A stretch of 64,000 nucleotides of DNA from Longimicrobiales bacterium (GTDB lineage Bacteria; Gemmatimonadota; Gemmatimonadetes; Longimicrobiales; Gaopeijiaceae). The stretch is from contig CBDFMQ010000002.1 in NCBI GenBank assembly GCA_965249725.1, forward strand, positions 1,120,001 through 1,184,000, read 5' to 3'. Of the stretch, positions 37,503 to 46,553 are shown one piece after another. Numbering within the stretch: the first letter of the stretch is position 1; each line of letters opens with the position of its first letter. The position numbers and the translations under genes are program-made. The notes below the pieces were generated by a model, which saw only the letters and a list, made by a program, of their open reading frames with translations, did not search any database and was not told the DNA's origin.

Positions 37503-39079
37503 TCGGGCGTAACACCCTCCTGCTCGCACTTGCCACCCTCCTACTGGGTTCGGCAGTGATCCCCGCACAGATCTCGGCGCAGCGCCGCCCGCTCGTCGTG
37601 GCTTCGAAGCCGTTCGGAGAGTCGTTCATTCTGGCGGAGATGTTCTCCCAGCTTCTGGAAAGCCGGGGGATCACCGTCGAGCGCCGGCTGGGCCTGGGAG
37701 CAACGGAGATCGCTTTTCAAGCGCTTCGCAGCGGCGCCATCGACGTCTACCCCGAGTACTCCGGGACGGGGCTGGTGGCGATTCTCGACCAGACCCCTGA
37801 GGGGACCCCGGAGCAGGTATTTCGCACCGTCTCGAGGGCCTTCCGGGAGCGGTGGGGAATCCACTGGCTGCCCCCATTGGGGTTCGAGAACACGTATGCC
37901 ATCGCCGTGAGACCGACCTCAGCCGAGAGCGACAGCCTACGATCCCTCTCGGACCTGGCGGAAGTGGCCCCAGAGTACGTCGGCGGGTTCTCACCTGATT
38001 TCATCGGTCGGTCGGACGGACTGCCGGGGCTGGAAGGGGCGTACGGGCTACGACTACGGGAAGTGAGATCGCTCCTCCAGGCGGTCAAATACGAGGCGGT
38101 GTCCCGGGGGGAGGTCGATGTGATCGACGGGTATTCCACCGACGGTCTCATCGATCGATTCGATCTCACGGTCCTGACCGACGACCTGGAGTTCTTCCCT
38201 CCCTACCAGGCGGCTGCGGTGGTAGGACGCAACCTCTGGCAGGCCCGCCCGGACGCCGTACGGGCTCTCTCCGAACTCTCGGGGACCCTGGACGAGGAGC
38301 TGATGCGTCGGCTCAACCGCCGGGTCGAGGTCGACGGCGAGGAATTTGCTAGTGTGGCTCGCGACGCGCTGACCGAGATCGGTCTCGTAGGCGGCCCCGC
38401 CGTGCGGATCGTGACCGACGACGCGGTGACCGAAACGTCACTGGGCACCTACCTGTGGGAGCACCGGGAGCAAACGGCGGCGCTTACGGGACGACACCTC
38501 CTTCTCGTGATCGTCTCGCTCTTGGCAGCATGCCTCGTGGCGATTCCGCTGGGGTTGGTGCTGGACAAGACGGAGCGCCGGGCCGAGGTGGTCATCCGGG
38601 GGGTGGGTCTGTTTCAGACGATCCCCAGCATCGCTCTGCTTGCCTTCATGATTCCCATGCTGGGAATCGGTGTAGTCCCGGCGCTGGTGGCCCTATTCCT
38701 CTATTCGCTGTTCCCCATTCTCAGGAACACCTACACCGGCATTCGCGATGCCGACCCGGCCGCCATCGACTCGGCACGTTCGTTGGGCATGACCAACAGT
38801 CAGATCCTGCGTTACATCCGCTTTCCGCTGGCCGTGCCCATCATCATGGCCGGTGTCCGTACCGCCGCGGTCATCACGGTGGGGACAGCCACGCTGGCGG
38901 CGTTCATCGGTGCCGGCGGCCTAGGAGATCCCATCGTGGCAGGGCTCGCTCTCAGCGACACCCAGATGATCCTGTCGGGAGCCCTCCCCGCGGCTATCCT
39001 CGCGTTCCTCGTGGACGGTGCGTTGGGCGTCTTGGAGCGAGTGGTCACCCCGGCCGGCCTCACCATCAGAAGACAATAG
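37499..39079 (+). CDS. Fused substrate-binding/permease subunit of a quaternary-amine (betaine-type) ABC importer
   Basis: SKPFGES, YPEYSGT, FENTYA, YSTDG, FFPPY, then QTIPSIAL and IGAGGLG permease motifs. Confidence 0.9.
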   Translation: MIGRNTLLLALATLLLGSAVIPAQISAQRRPLVVASKPFGESFILAEMFSQLLESRGITVERRLGLGATEIAFQALRSGAIDVYPEYSGTGLVAILDQTPEGTPEQVFRTVSRAFRERWGIHWLPPLGFENTYAIAVRPTSAESDSLRSLSDLAEVAPEYVGGFSPDFIGRSDGLPGLEGAYGLRLREVRSLLQAVKYEAVSRGEVDVIDGYSTDGLIDRFDLTVLTDDLEFFPPYQAAAVVGRNLWQARPDAVRALSELSGTLDEELMRRLNRRVEVDGEEFASVARDALTEIGLVGGPAVRIVTDDAVTETSLGTYLWEHREQTAALTGRHLLLVIVSLLAACLVAIPLGLVLDKTERRAEVVIRGVGLFQTIPSIALLAFMIPMLGIGVVPALVALFLYSLFPILRNTYTGIRDADPAAIDSARSLGMTNSQILRYIRFPLAVPIIMAGVRTAAVITVGTATLAAFIGAGGLGDPIVAGLALSDTQMILSGALPAAILAFLVDGALGVLERVVTPAGLTIRRQ

Positions 39080-39116
39080 TGTTCCGAAGGCCCGGCAACC
39101 CCACCCCGCAGCCCCG

Positions 39117-41228
39117 ATGACCTCGACACCGCCCGAGGGGGCGCGCCCCGAGACGGCGAGCGGGGGTTGGGTGGTGCGAGCCCAACAGGCCCTGGGTCTG
39201 GCCATCCTTCTGTTCGCCTTCGCCCCCATCTACCGGATCATGGACACGTCGGCCGAAGCGCCTCACAGGGAGGTGAGCGTCGAGGTCGCAGAGGTGACGC
39301 TCCAACTGGCCTGGTGGGGCACCATCGTGATCGTGCTCCTAGCTTGGCTCTTGGCTCGGCTCTTCTCGTCGCGAATCCCGCGGATCGCGGGCAACCGCGT
39401 TCTCGACTGGATCGATCGGCCCACGAGCGGGGTGTTCGCCCTGTCGCTGGGAGCCGTCGCAGGTGTGGTCGCACTGGTCACCGGACGTGCACTCTATCGG
39501 GGCTTCTTCACCAACGTCGACGAGATCGCTTCAGCGATCCAAGCGCGCTACCTCGCCCAGGGCATGCTGGGCGGCCCCATCTCGTCGGCCCCGGACGCCT
39601 GGCTGATCCCCAACACCCTGATGGTGTCCGAGGGGTGGGTGTCCCACTTCCCACCCATGCACCTGTTCGCCATGGCCGCTTTCACTCGGCTGGGCGCTCC
39701 GATGCTCCTGGGGCCCCTTTTTGCCGCGGCCCTGGCCTGGTTCATAGCACTGTCGTTCCCGCGTCTCCTTCCGGACCGACGCGGGCTCGCCCGCCTCGCA
39801 TCAGTGGCCGTGGCGCTGAGTCCCTTCCTACTGTTCCTGGGAGGCGGATCGATGAGCCATGTGTCCGCCGGCGCGTTCGGAGCCGCAGCGCTCTACTCGG
39901 CTCTCCGGGCGCGCGACGGCAGCCCATGGTGGGCAGTAGGGGCCGGAGCCGCCGTAGGGCTCATGGTGTCGGACCGACCCTTGATCGGCCTCGTGCTGGG
40001 GAGCGTCTTCACCCTCGGGGTGTGGGTCCCTCATGCCCTGCGCGCGGGCACGCCCCCTAGGACCTGGCTGGCGACGCGGGCGGGGCTGACGTTGCTCGGC
40101 GGTGCGCCGTTCGCGGTCATGCTCGGCTGGTACAACAGCAGGCTGTTCGGCAGTCCCTCGAGGCTCGGGTACCTCGCCGCCTTCGGAGACCATCACCGAC
40201 TCGGCTTCCACATGGACCCGTGGGGCTACCCGTACACCCTCGAAGAGGCCCTGGGTTTTACCTCTTCCGATGTCTTGAGCATGGGCATCCAGCTCCTGGA
40301 GACACCGTTTCCGATCACGGTATTCGTCGGGCTATATCTCCTTACGGTGTTCAGGCTTCCCAGGGGCATGGGGCTCCTTCTGGCGTGGGCCACTCTGCCG
40401 ATACTCGCCAACGCGTACTACTGGTTTCACGATGTGCGTATGCTGTTCGAGGCCGCCCCGGCGTGGATCGCCATAGCTGTGCTGGCGGCCGTCGGGCTGG
40501 CACGAGGCGAGGGGCCCTCCAACCGATGGGTCAAGGACATGGCCGCATGGGCGATCGTCCTGGCGGTCGTCGGTGCGGCAGCGTGGGGGGTGCCCACTCG
40601 CTGGGGCAGCTACAAATGGAGCCAAGAGACCCTCGACCGCATCACGCCGCCCCGACCCGCGACAGAATCGGCCGCGATCGTGTTCGTGCATACGTCCTGG
40701 AACGAGCGTCTGAGCGCGTCGCTTCAGGGCACCGGTGGTGTGCGTCAAGACACGGTAATCACCGCGCTGCGGAGGAACACGAACTGCCAGTTGCACCTGT
40801 ATGCGCTGGCGCGTGAGGCAGCGGCGTCCGGATCCAACGTGGCGATGCCGCCGGTCGATCTAAACCAGATTCCCGGCACCCCTTCCGACATCCAGCGACC
40901 CGCCGCCCCAGCCGGAGCGACCCCGCGGATTCGTCCCAACGAGGTCTTTCCGGACTCGTGTATGCAGCAGCTCCGTGCCGACCGCTTCGGCGCGGTAGCA
41001 CTCGCTCCTCTCGTGTGGCAGGGAGACCTCCCGGGCATCGAAGAGGGTCGCACGCTCTACGTCCGGGATCTGGGCCCGGACAAGAACCGACGGGTACTCG
41101 CGCAGTACCCGGATCGGGCGCCCTTCGTGTTCGTCCCCAAGGCCCCCGACGCTCAGCCGGAGATCGTTCCCTACGCCGAGGCCATGGCGATTCTGTGGGG
41201 CCCTGCCCCGCCTGGTCCGACGCCGTAG
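39117..41228 (+). CDS. Polytopic membrane protein, probable GT-C (ArnT/PMT-like) glycosyltransferase
   Basis: Many TM segments, loop motif NVDE, HFPP, RP, YN...G, soluble C-terminal domain. Confidence 0.6.
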   Translation: MTSTPPEGARPETASGGWVVRAQQALGLAILLFAFAPIYRIMDTSAEAPHREVSVEVAEVTLQLAWWGTIVIVLLAWLLARLFSSRIPRIAGNRVLDWIDRPTSGVFALSLGAVAGVVALVTGRALYRGFFTNVDEIASAIQARYLAQGMLGGPISSAPDAWLIPNTLMVSEGWVSHFPPMHLFAMAAFTRLGAPMLLGPLFAAALAWFIALSFPRLLPDRRGLARLASVAVALSPFLLFLGGGSMSHVSAGAFGAAALYSALRARDGSPWWAVGAGAAVGLMVSDRPLIGLVLGSVFTLGVWVPHALRAGTPPRTWLATRAGLTLLGGAPFAVMLGWYNSRLFGSPSRLGYLAAFGDHHRLGFHMDPWGYPYTLEEALGFTSSDVLSMGIQLLETPFPITVFVGLYLLTVFRLPRGMGLLLAWATLPILANAYYWFHDVRMLFEAAPAWIAIAVLAAVGLARGEGPSNRWVKDMAAWAIVLAVVGAAAWGVPTRWGSYKWSQETLDRITPPRPATESAAIVFVHTSWNERLSASLQGTGGVRQDTVITALRRNTNCQLHLYALAREAAASGSNVAMPPVDLNQIPGTPSDIQRPAAPAGATPRIRPNEVFPDSCMQQLRADRFGAVALAPLVWQGDLPGIEEGRTLYVRDLGPDKNRRVLAQYPDRAPFVFVPKAPDAQPEIVPYAEAMAILWGPAPPGPTP

Positions 41229-41443
41229 AGGACCGCTCCGCCGGACCCGAGCCCAAAGGCCCGCACGACCGCCAGATCCGCCTCCGACGCGGATGGGGCT
41301 GCGGGTGTGCAGTCACCCGAAGCGCTCTCCACCGTACGTATATCGATCCATGCAGTCGGACGTGTCGCAAAGCTCACGTTGAGGCGGTATGAGAAGGCAG
41401 GAACCGGTCGGAGCCGAAGGGCCCAGGGGTTTGGGGAGGCGAG

Positions 41444-41827
41444 ATGAGCGGAAGTGACTTGTTTACGGGCACCCTGGACATCCTCGTCCTGCGGACGGTC
41501 CGGGACGAAGCTCGCCACGGGTACGCCATCGTGCAGGTGCTCCGTGAGCTGAGTGGCGGCGTGCTCGACATCGCTGAGGGCGTCATGTATCCGGCGCTGC
41601 ACCGTCTGGAAAAGCGTGGCCTCCTGAGAGCCACCTGGGGACCCTCGAAGACCGGCCGCCGCGCTAAGTACTACGCGCTGACGAGCAGGGGCGGACGATT
41701 CCTGGCGGACCAATGTGCCGGCTGGACCGAATTCACCTCTGCTGTCTCGGCGGTCCTGCACGTGCCATCCGGTGGAGAAGCGAGCTCCGCAGGGAGCGAT
41801 CCGAGGGTGGCCGCCCGGCACGAGTAG
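41444..41827 (+). CDS. PadR-family transcriptional regulator (acidobacterial type)
   Basis: GTLDILVL, HGYAI, EGVMYPALHRLE, GRRAKYYALT. Confidence 0.92.
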   Translation: MSGSDLFTGTLDILVLRTVRDEARHGYAIVQVLRELSGGVLDIAEGVMYPALHRLEKRGLLRATWGPSKTGRRAKYYALTSRGGRFLADQCAGWTEFTSAVSAVLHVPSGGEASSAGSDPRVAARHE

Positions 41828-41832
41828 CCCAT

Positions 41833-41868
41833 CGAGCAGGACGGCGAGTAGGACGGCGAGTAGGACCC
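41833..41868. repeat. 12-bp tandem repeat x3
   Basis: CGAGCAGGACGG CGAGTAGGACGG CGAGTAGGACCC. Confidence 0.7.
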
Positions 41869-42012
41869 GGGGATCTACCCTTATGTGTGTGGTGACGCCG
41901 CCGAGATTCGAGTGCCGGTGCGGCGAGGGAGCGGGCCGGCTATCGTACGCGATTCGCCCACCTGCTGTACCACCCCAACCGGTGACATGATCTGTCCGTT
42001 CTAGTCGGTGCC

Positions 42013-42630
42013 TTGAACGCCTGGGATCCCAGAAGGGTGCTCTCAGTCCCGGCGGTCTACAGTCTGTTCTCCAGCCTGATGGGTGCTGACCGCTCCCGGA
42101 GGGAGTGCGTGGCAGAGTACATCCGACCGAGGCCCGCCGACCGGGTGCTCGACTGCGGCTGCGGACCCGGAGACCTGCTCGAGTATCTCCCCGACGTGGC
42201 CTACGTGGGGATCGATATCGACGCCGAATACGTGGCCGAAGCGCGGAGCCGCTACGGCGATCGAGCCGCGTTCCGACTCGGTGCCCTCGGCCCGGAGACG
42301 ATTTCCGAGCAGTCGCACTACGATCTCGTCCTGGCGTGGGGCGTGCTCCATCACCTCGACGATGACCAGGTGAGGGAGTTCATGGGCCTCGCGCGGCGCG
42401 CGCTGAAGCCGACGGGCCGACTCGTCACCCTCGACCCCTGCTACACCGATGATCAATCACGCATGGCCCGATACCTCCTCGACAAGGATCGCGGCTGTTG
42501 CGTCCGACGGAGCGAGGACTGGCGTCCTCTGGTCACGCCGACGTTCCCCTCGACGGCGTTCCATTTGAGACACGATCTACTGCGCGTTCCCTACACGCAC
42601 CTGATCATGGAATGCTCGCCTGCTAGCTGA
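42013..42630 (+). CDS. Class I SAM-dependent methyltransferase
   Basis: VLDCGCGPG, GID, GVLHHL, DRG. Confidence 0.88.
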   Translation: MNAWDPRRVLSVPAVYSLFSSLMGADRSRRECVAEYIRPRPADRVLDCGCGPGDLLEYLPDVAYVGIDIDAEYVAEARSRYGDRAAFRLGALGPETISEQSHYDLVLAWGVLHHLDDDQVREFMGLARRALKPTGRLVTLDPCYTDDQSRMARYLLDKDRGCCVRRSEDWRPLVTPTFPSTAFHLRHDLLRVPYTHLIMECSPAS

Positions 42631-43525
42631 GTTCGGCCAAGCCGATACCGGTGGCCCCGTAGCCGTTGCCGTTGTAGAGCATGTAGCGCCGACCTTCGTG
42701 ATCGAAAACGCACGGATACTCGATCATCTCAGAGTCCCAACCCTCCGGTGACACGTCGATGCCGGCCTCCTCATCCTTCCGGGTCCAGGTCACGCCGTCA
42801 TGGGAGTCTGCGTAGCCGATGCGGTAGCTCTCGCCTCGGTACGAGTACCACATGCGATACAGATCGCCGTCCTTGAGCACACTGGGACGGGAGATGGCGT
42901 ACTCATCGGCGGGCCGATAGTCGATGCAGACCCTTCCGGACCGGACCCAGGCCACGCCGTCATCCGATTCGGCATAGCGAATGTGGTACGAGTGTCGGGG
43001 CTTGCCTTCGACACCCTCCCAGCCCGTGCACGACAGGTACCACATCTTCCAGATCCCTTCGTCGATCATCACGCAACTGCTGGCGGTGAAATACGGGTCG
43101 ATCTGATCCCGGCTCACAAGCGGACCCGCAGAGGCCTTCTGAAAGGTCAGTCCCCCGTCGTCTGATCGAGCGAGGCCTATGGAGTTGTAGAAGGGCACGG
43201 TGACGCCGCGCGTCCAACCGACGTAGTACATCCACGTCGTCTCGCCGACATCGAGGACCCAAGACCCCATGGCCCCGCTCTCGTCGAAGGAGCCGAGCCC
43301 TCCGGGCTCGAGGGCGGGCTCCTCGTGGATCGTGTCCACTTCTAGCGTGCGGAGATCCAGGTCGAAGGAGCCGACGCGGGAACGCTCCTGATCATCTCGA
43401 CCGCTGAAGAAAACCCTTATCCGATTCGGACCCAACGTCCTTACGCAGGGCACCGCGGCGTGCCCACTCATCCACGAGAGACCGCTCGGCGGAGCGAAGA
43501 TCAGACCGCGCTTGACCCAGTTCAT
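42623..43525 (-). CDS. Five-bladed beta-propeller glycoside-hydrolase-like protein
   Basis: Repeated MYY/MWY...ES.DG..W blades, WDSEMIEYP, YNGNGYG. Confidence 0.7.
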   Translation of the reverse strand: MNWVKRGLIFAPPSGLSWMSGHAAVPCVRTLGPNRIRVFFSGRDDQERSRVGSFDLDLRTLEVDTIHEEPALEPGGLGSFDESGAMGSWVLDVGETTWMYYVGWTRGVTVPFYNSIGLARSDDGGLTFQKASAGPLVSRDQIDPYFTASSCVMIDEGIWKMWYLSCTGWEGVEGKPRHSYHIRYAESDDGVAWVRSGRVCIDYRPADEYAISRPSVLKDGDLYRMWYSYRGESYRIGYADSHDGVTWTRKDEEAGIDVSPEGWDSEMIEYPCVFDHEGRRYMLYNGNGYGATGIGLAELS

Positions 43526-43535
43526 CAGACGGGCC

Positions 43536-44198
43536 TCACATGTTCAGGTCAGAGCTCTTACGACCGGACTTCTCGGTCTTGGGAGCGATATAGACGCCTT
43601 CGGCTTCAGTGTCCTTCATGATGATCGCGCCGGCCCCGATCACCGTGGCCGGCCCGATGGTGATGTGATCCCTGATGGTAGCGTTCACACCGAGGAAGCA
43701 TCGGTCACCGATCACCGTGCCACCCGAGATGACGACGTGCGACGTGATGAAGCAGTGGTCCCCGATGACCACATGATGGCCGATGTGGTTGCCGCTCCAT
43801 ACGACCACGTCATCGCCGATCTTCACGAACGGCTGAATCACGTTGTCCTCGAAAACAAACGTGTTCTCTCCAACGGTCAGATCACTCCAGGTGGTAGCCC
43901 GGGAACAGACGTACGAGATCAACTCGTAGCCTTTCTCCTTGCACTTCCGGCAGACCTCGGCGCGAGCACGGTTGACGCCACTGAACCCTATCGCCACAAG
44001 CATCGCGAAGTCACCGGGAGGATACAGCTCCTCGAGGTCCTCGAAGGCGACGACCGGACGTCCTGCCAACTCCGTATCCTCCATGTATTCCCGGTCGACC
44101 GTGAACGCGACCACGTCGTGAGGACTGTCTTCGGTCAGGTAGACATCCGCGACCTGGGCGAAGTCGCCGATGCCGAAAAGGACGACCTTCTTGCTCAT
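43536..44198 (-). CDS. NeuD/PglD-like sugar acyltransferase (hexapeptide repeats)
   Basis: VAIG...NRAR, left-handed beta-helix repeats, IGHH. Confidence 0.85.
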   Translation of the reverse strand: MSKKVVLFGIGDFAQVADVYLTEDSPHDVVAFTVDREYMEDTELAGRPVVAFEDLEELYPPGDFAMLVAIGFSGVNRARAEVCRKCKEKGYELISYVCSRATTWSDLTVGENTFVFEDNVIQPFVKIGDDVVVWSGNHIGHHVVIGDHCFITSHVVISGGTVIGDRCFLGVNATIRDHITIGPATVIGAGAIIMKDTEAEGVYIAPKTEKSGRKSSDLNM

Positions 44199-44827
44199 TC
44201 CACGTTCTTTCTCACAAGGATGGTGAACTCATAGATCTCGTAGTCGTGCAGTAGGGCGACCTGCGCCGAGTAGTGTCGCTTACAGTGATCGAACAGCCAT
44301 TTCGGGTCCGCGTAGAAAAGGTCGTCTCGCATGTGCTCGGGATCGGAGTAGCTGGTCAGAGCGTTGAACGCGAAGCCCTTCTCCGAGAGTCGGTCGAGTT
44401 CAGCGAGCGTCTCGACTACATACTCCCTCCACTCGTCGTCAGGCACGTCCATCTTCACGTTGAGGACGCCGCTCGCCAGTACGAAGTCGGCGCGCTGTAC
44501 ATCTCGGAAGTCGGTCGTGAACTCACACCCCTCCCCCCCTTGGAGCCTACTCGCCCGCTCGACCATTTCCTCGGACACGTCATACCCCACGTAGTGAGAA
44601 GGCAAGTCTCGCTCAGCGAGCACGTCGACGAGCGCGCCGTAGCCACATCCGTAGTCCAAGAGGGAAAACTCCCCCTCTCCGGCGGGCACGATCCCGAGGA
44701 GTCGATCGAAACGCATCCTCTGGGATTCCGCAGAACTCCAGTCCACCCCGCGCGCGGTTTCCCCGTGTTGGCGGACCTTGTCGCTGTAGTAGTCGGCAAC
44801 CCGGCTGCGAATGGAAGCATCGGCCAT
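44195..44827 (-). CDS. Class I SAM-dependent methyltransferase
   Basis: GVDW.S.ESQ.MRF, LDYGCGYG, ASGVLN, HDY. Confidence 0.85.
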   Translation of the reverse strand: MADASIRSRVADYYSDKVRQHGETARGVDWSSAESQRMRFDRLLGIVPAGEGEFSLLDYGCGYGALVDVLAERDLPSHYVGYDVSEEMVERASRLQGGEGCEFTTDFRDVQRADFVLASGVLNVKMDVPDDEWREYVVETLAELDRLSEKGFAFNALTSYSDPEHMRDDLFYADPKWLFDHCKRHYSAQVALLHDYEIYEFTILVRKNVE

Positions 44828-44830
44828 GGT

Positions 44831-45775
44831 CTACTCGGCCGACTCTCCGGCCGGGCCGGACCGCTCGTAGGACCGCCGTATGATCGTGTACGGTCGGTCC
44901 TTGGTCTCGATGAAGATCTTCGAGAGGTACATGCCAATGATGCCGAGACAGGAAAACGTGAGCCCCGAGAGGAGCCAGATCGAGATGATCAGTGAAGGCC
45001 AGCCGAGCTCGAAGTCGATGAAGAAGAGCTTGGCGACCAGCGTGAAGAGGGCGGCCGACAGCGAGACCACGGTGACCAACATGCCCAGGTAGAAGATGAG
45101 CACCAACGGGACGTTGCTGAACGAGGTGACCGAGTTCAGGGTGATGGAGAGCTTCTTTCGGAGGCTGTACGAGGAGGTGCCCTTGTCGGCCTTCTCCACC
45201 GTCACCGGGACCTGCTCGTATCCGGTGATGGCCCACAAGCCGGCCAGGAAGACCTCGTGGTCGCGATGTTCGACCAAGCTCTCGACGTACCTGCGCGTCA
45301 TCAACCGCGCCGCCACTTGGTTCGCAGGGACGGAGTGGCTGGAGAGCAGACGGAAGATCGCGTAGTAGACTGCGCCGCTCATGCGTTCGAACAGCCGCCC
45401 CTTCCGTCTGCGTTGGACGCCGTAGACAACATCGGCGTCGGTCTCCCGCATCCGCTCGTAGAACGGCTCCAGCCAGCCGGGATCCTCCTCCAGGTCGCTG
45501 TCGAGCGAAAAGACCAGCTCGCCTCGGGCATGGGCGAGTCCGGTCAGGATGGCTTTGTGCTGACCGAAGTTCCGAGCCAGGTCGATGACCCGCACCCGCG
45601 CGTCCTTCTCGTGCAGCTTCAGCGCGACCTCCAACGAATCGTCGGGAGAGCCGTCGTTGACCAGCACGATCTCGAAGCGATCGGTGATCTTCTCGGCGGC
45701 CTCACAACAGCGCTCGTAAAACTCCTCTAGGTACGGCGCGCCGCGATAAAGCGTCGTTACGATGGAGAGCTTCAT
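44831..45775 (-). CDS. GT2 polyprenyl-phosphate glycosyltransferase (GtrB/ArnC-like)
   Basis: VNDGSPD, RNFGQHKA, DSDLEE, two C-terminal TM helices, KDRPY. Confidence 0.9.
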   Translation of the reverse strand: MKLSIVTTLYRGAPYLEEFYERCCEAAEKITDRFEIVLVNDGSPDDSLEVALKLHEKDARVRVIDLARNFGQHKAILTGLAHARGELVFSLDSDLEEDPGWLEPFYERMRETDADVVYGVQRRRKGRLFERMSGAVYYAIFRLLSSHSVPANQVAARLMTRRYVESLVEHRDHEVFLAGLWAITGYEQVPVTVEKADKGTSSYSLRKKLSITLNSVTSFSNVPLVLIFYLGMLVTVVSLSAALFTLVAKLFFIDFELGWPSLIISIWLLSGLTFSCLGIIGMYLSKIFIETKDRPYTIIRRSYERSGPAGESAE

Positions 45776-46551
45776 AGGCCCGATCCCGTCAGCATGTGAC
45801 CACGTGCGTTCGCGCCGGTATGAAAGATGAGATCGAGGACCGTCACCTGGTGCTCGAAAGGCGGATGAAGTTGCTCGTGTTCAGGGTACCCCTCGTACCC
45901 CATCCAGATGACGTCGATGCCCGCCTCCTCGAAGAGTGACTCATCCAGATAGGTGCGCGCCGAGGGCCCGGAAAGGTACTCCGTCGCCCCGGCCCTCCCG
46001 CAGATACCGAGCAGGCGCTCAGACCTCTGTCCGGTCACCCCGTAGTCCGTGGACCAGGTGATCTTGGTGTCGATGCCAAGAATGTCGCAAATGGCCACGA
46101 GGAAGCGGTGGTTGATGTGGCTGAGCAGTTCGTCCGATGCTTCCCGATAGACACCCTCGATGTGTCCTGCGAACTCGGAGAAGCACGGCGCCTTCGAGTA
46201 TGCGTGATAGAGGCTCCTCCAATGCGTCTCCGACCACGATGGGTCGCTGATCCGCGTCTCGCCGATGGCCTGGCCGTACTTGCCCTTCATCTCGACCGGA
46301 ATCGTGAGCCACTTCAGCCCGTCGGCGGTCTTGATGCGATTCCGGTTACGCCAGTCTCTGCGGGTGAATTGGGCGTCGTCGAGGAGCACGAACTCGTCCA
46401 CATCGGCGATCAGATCGAAGTAGCCCTTCCATGGGATATAGTTGGACTGGACTATGGCGATGCGTTTGGGCACCTGAAGCGCATCGGCCACAGGATCTTC
46501 ACCCACAGGATCCTCACCCACCGGATCTTCACCCACAGGAGCTTCACCCAC
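45772..46551 (-). CDS. WbqC-family protein
   Basis: QSNYIPWKGYF, WRNRNRI, WLTIPV, YLSGP; N-terminal VGEDP repeats. Confidence 0.9.
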   Translation of the reverse strand: MGEAPVGEDPVGEDPVGEDPVADALQVPKRIAIVQSNYIPWKGYFDLIADVDEFVLLDDAQFTRRDWRNRNRIKTADGLKWLTIPVEMKGKYGQAIGETRISDPSWSETHWRSLYHAYSKAPCFSEFAGHIEGVYREASDELLSHINHRFLVAICDILGIDTKITWSTDYGVTGQRSERLLGICGRAGATEYLSGPSARTYLDESLFEEAGIDVIWMGYEGYPEHEQLHPPFEHQVTVLDLIFHTGANARGHMLTGSGL

Positions 46552-46553
46552 AG
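46488..46553. repeat. 15-bp tandem repeat x4 at the wecE/wbqC junction
   Basis: CCACAGGATCTTCAC-like units at 46488, 46503, 46518, 46533. Confidence 0.85.
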
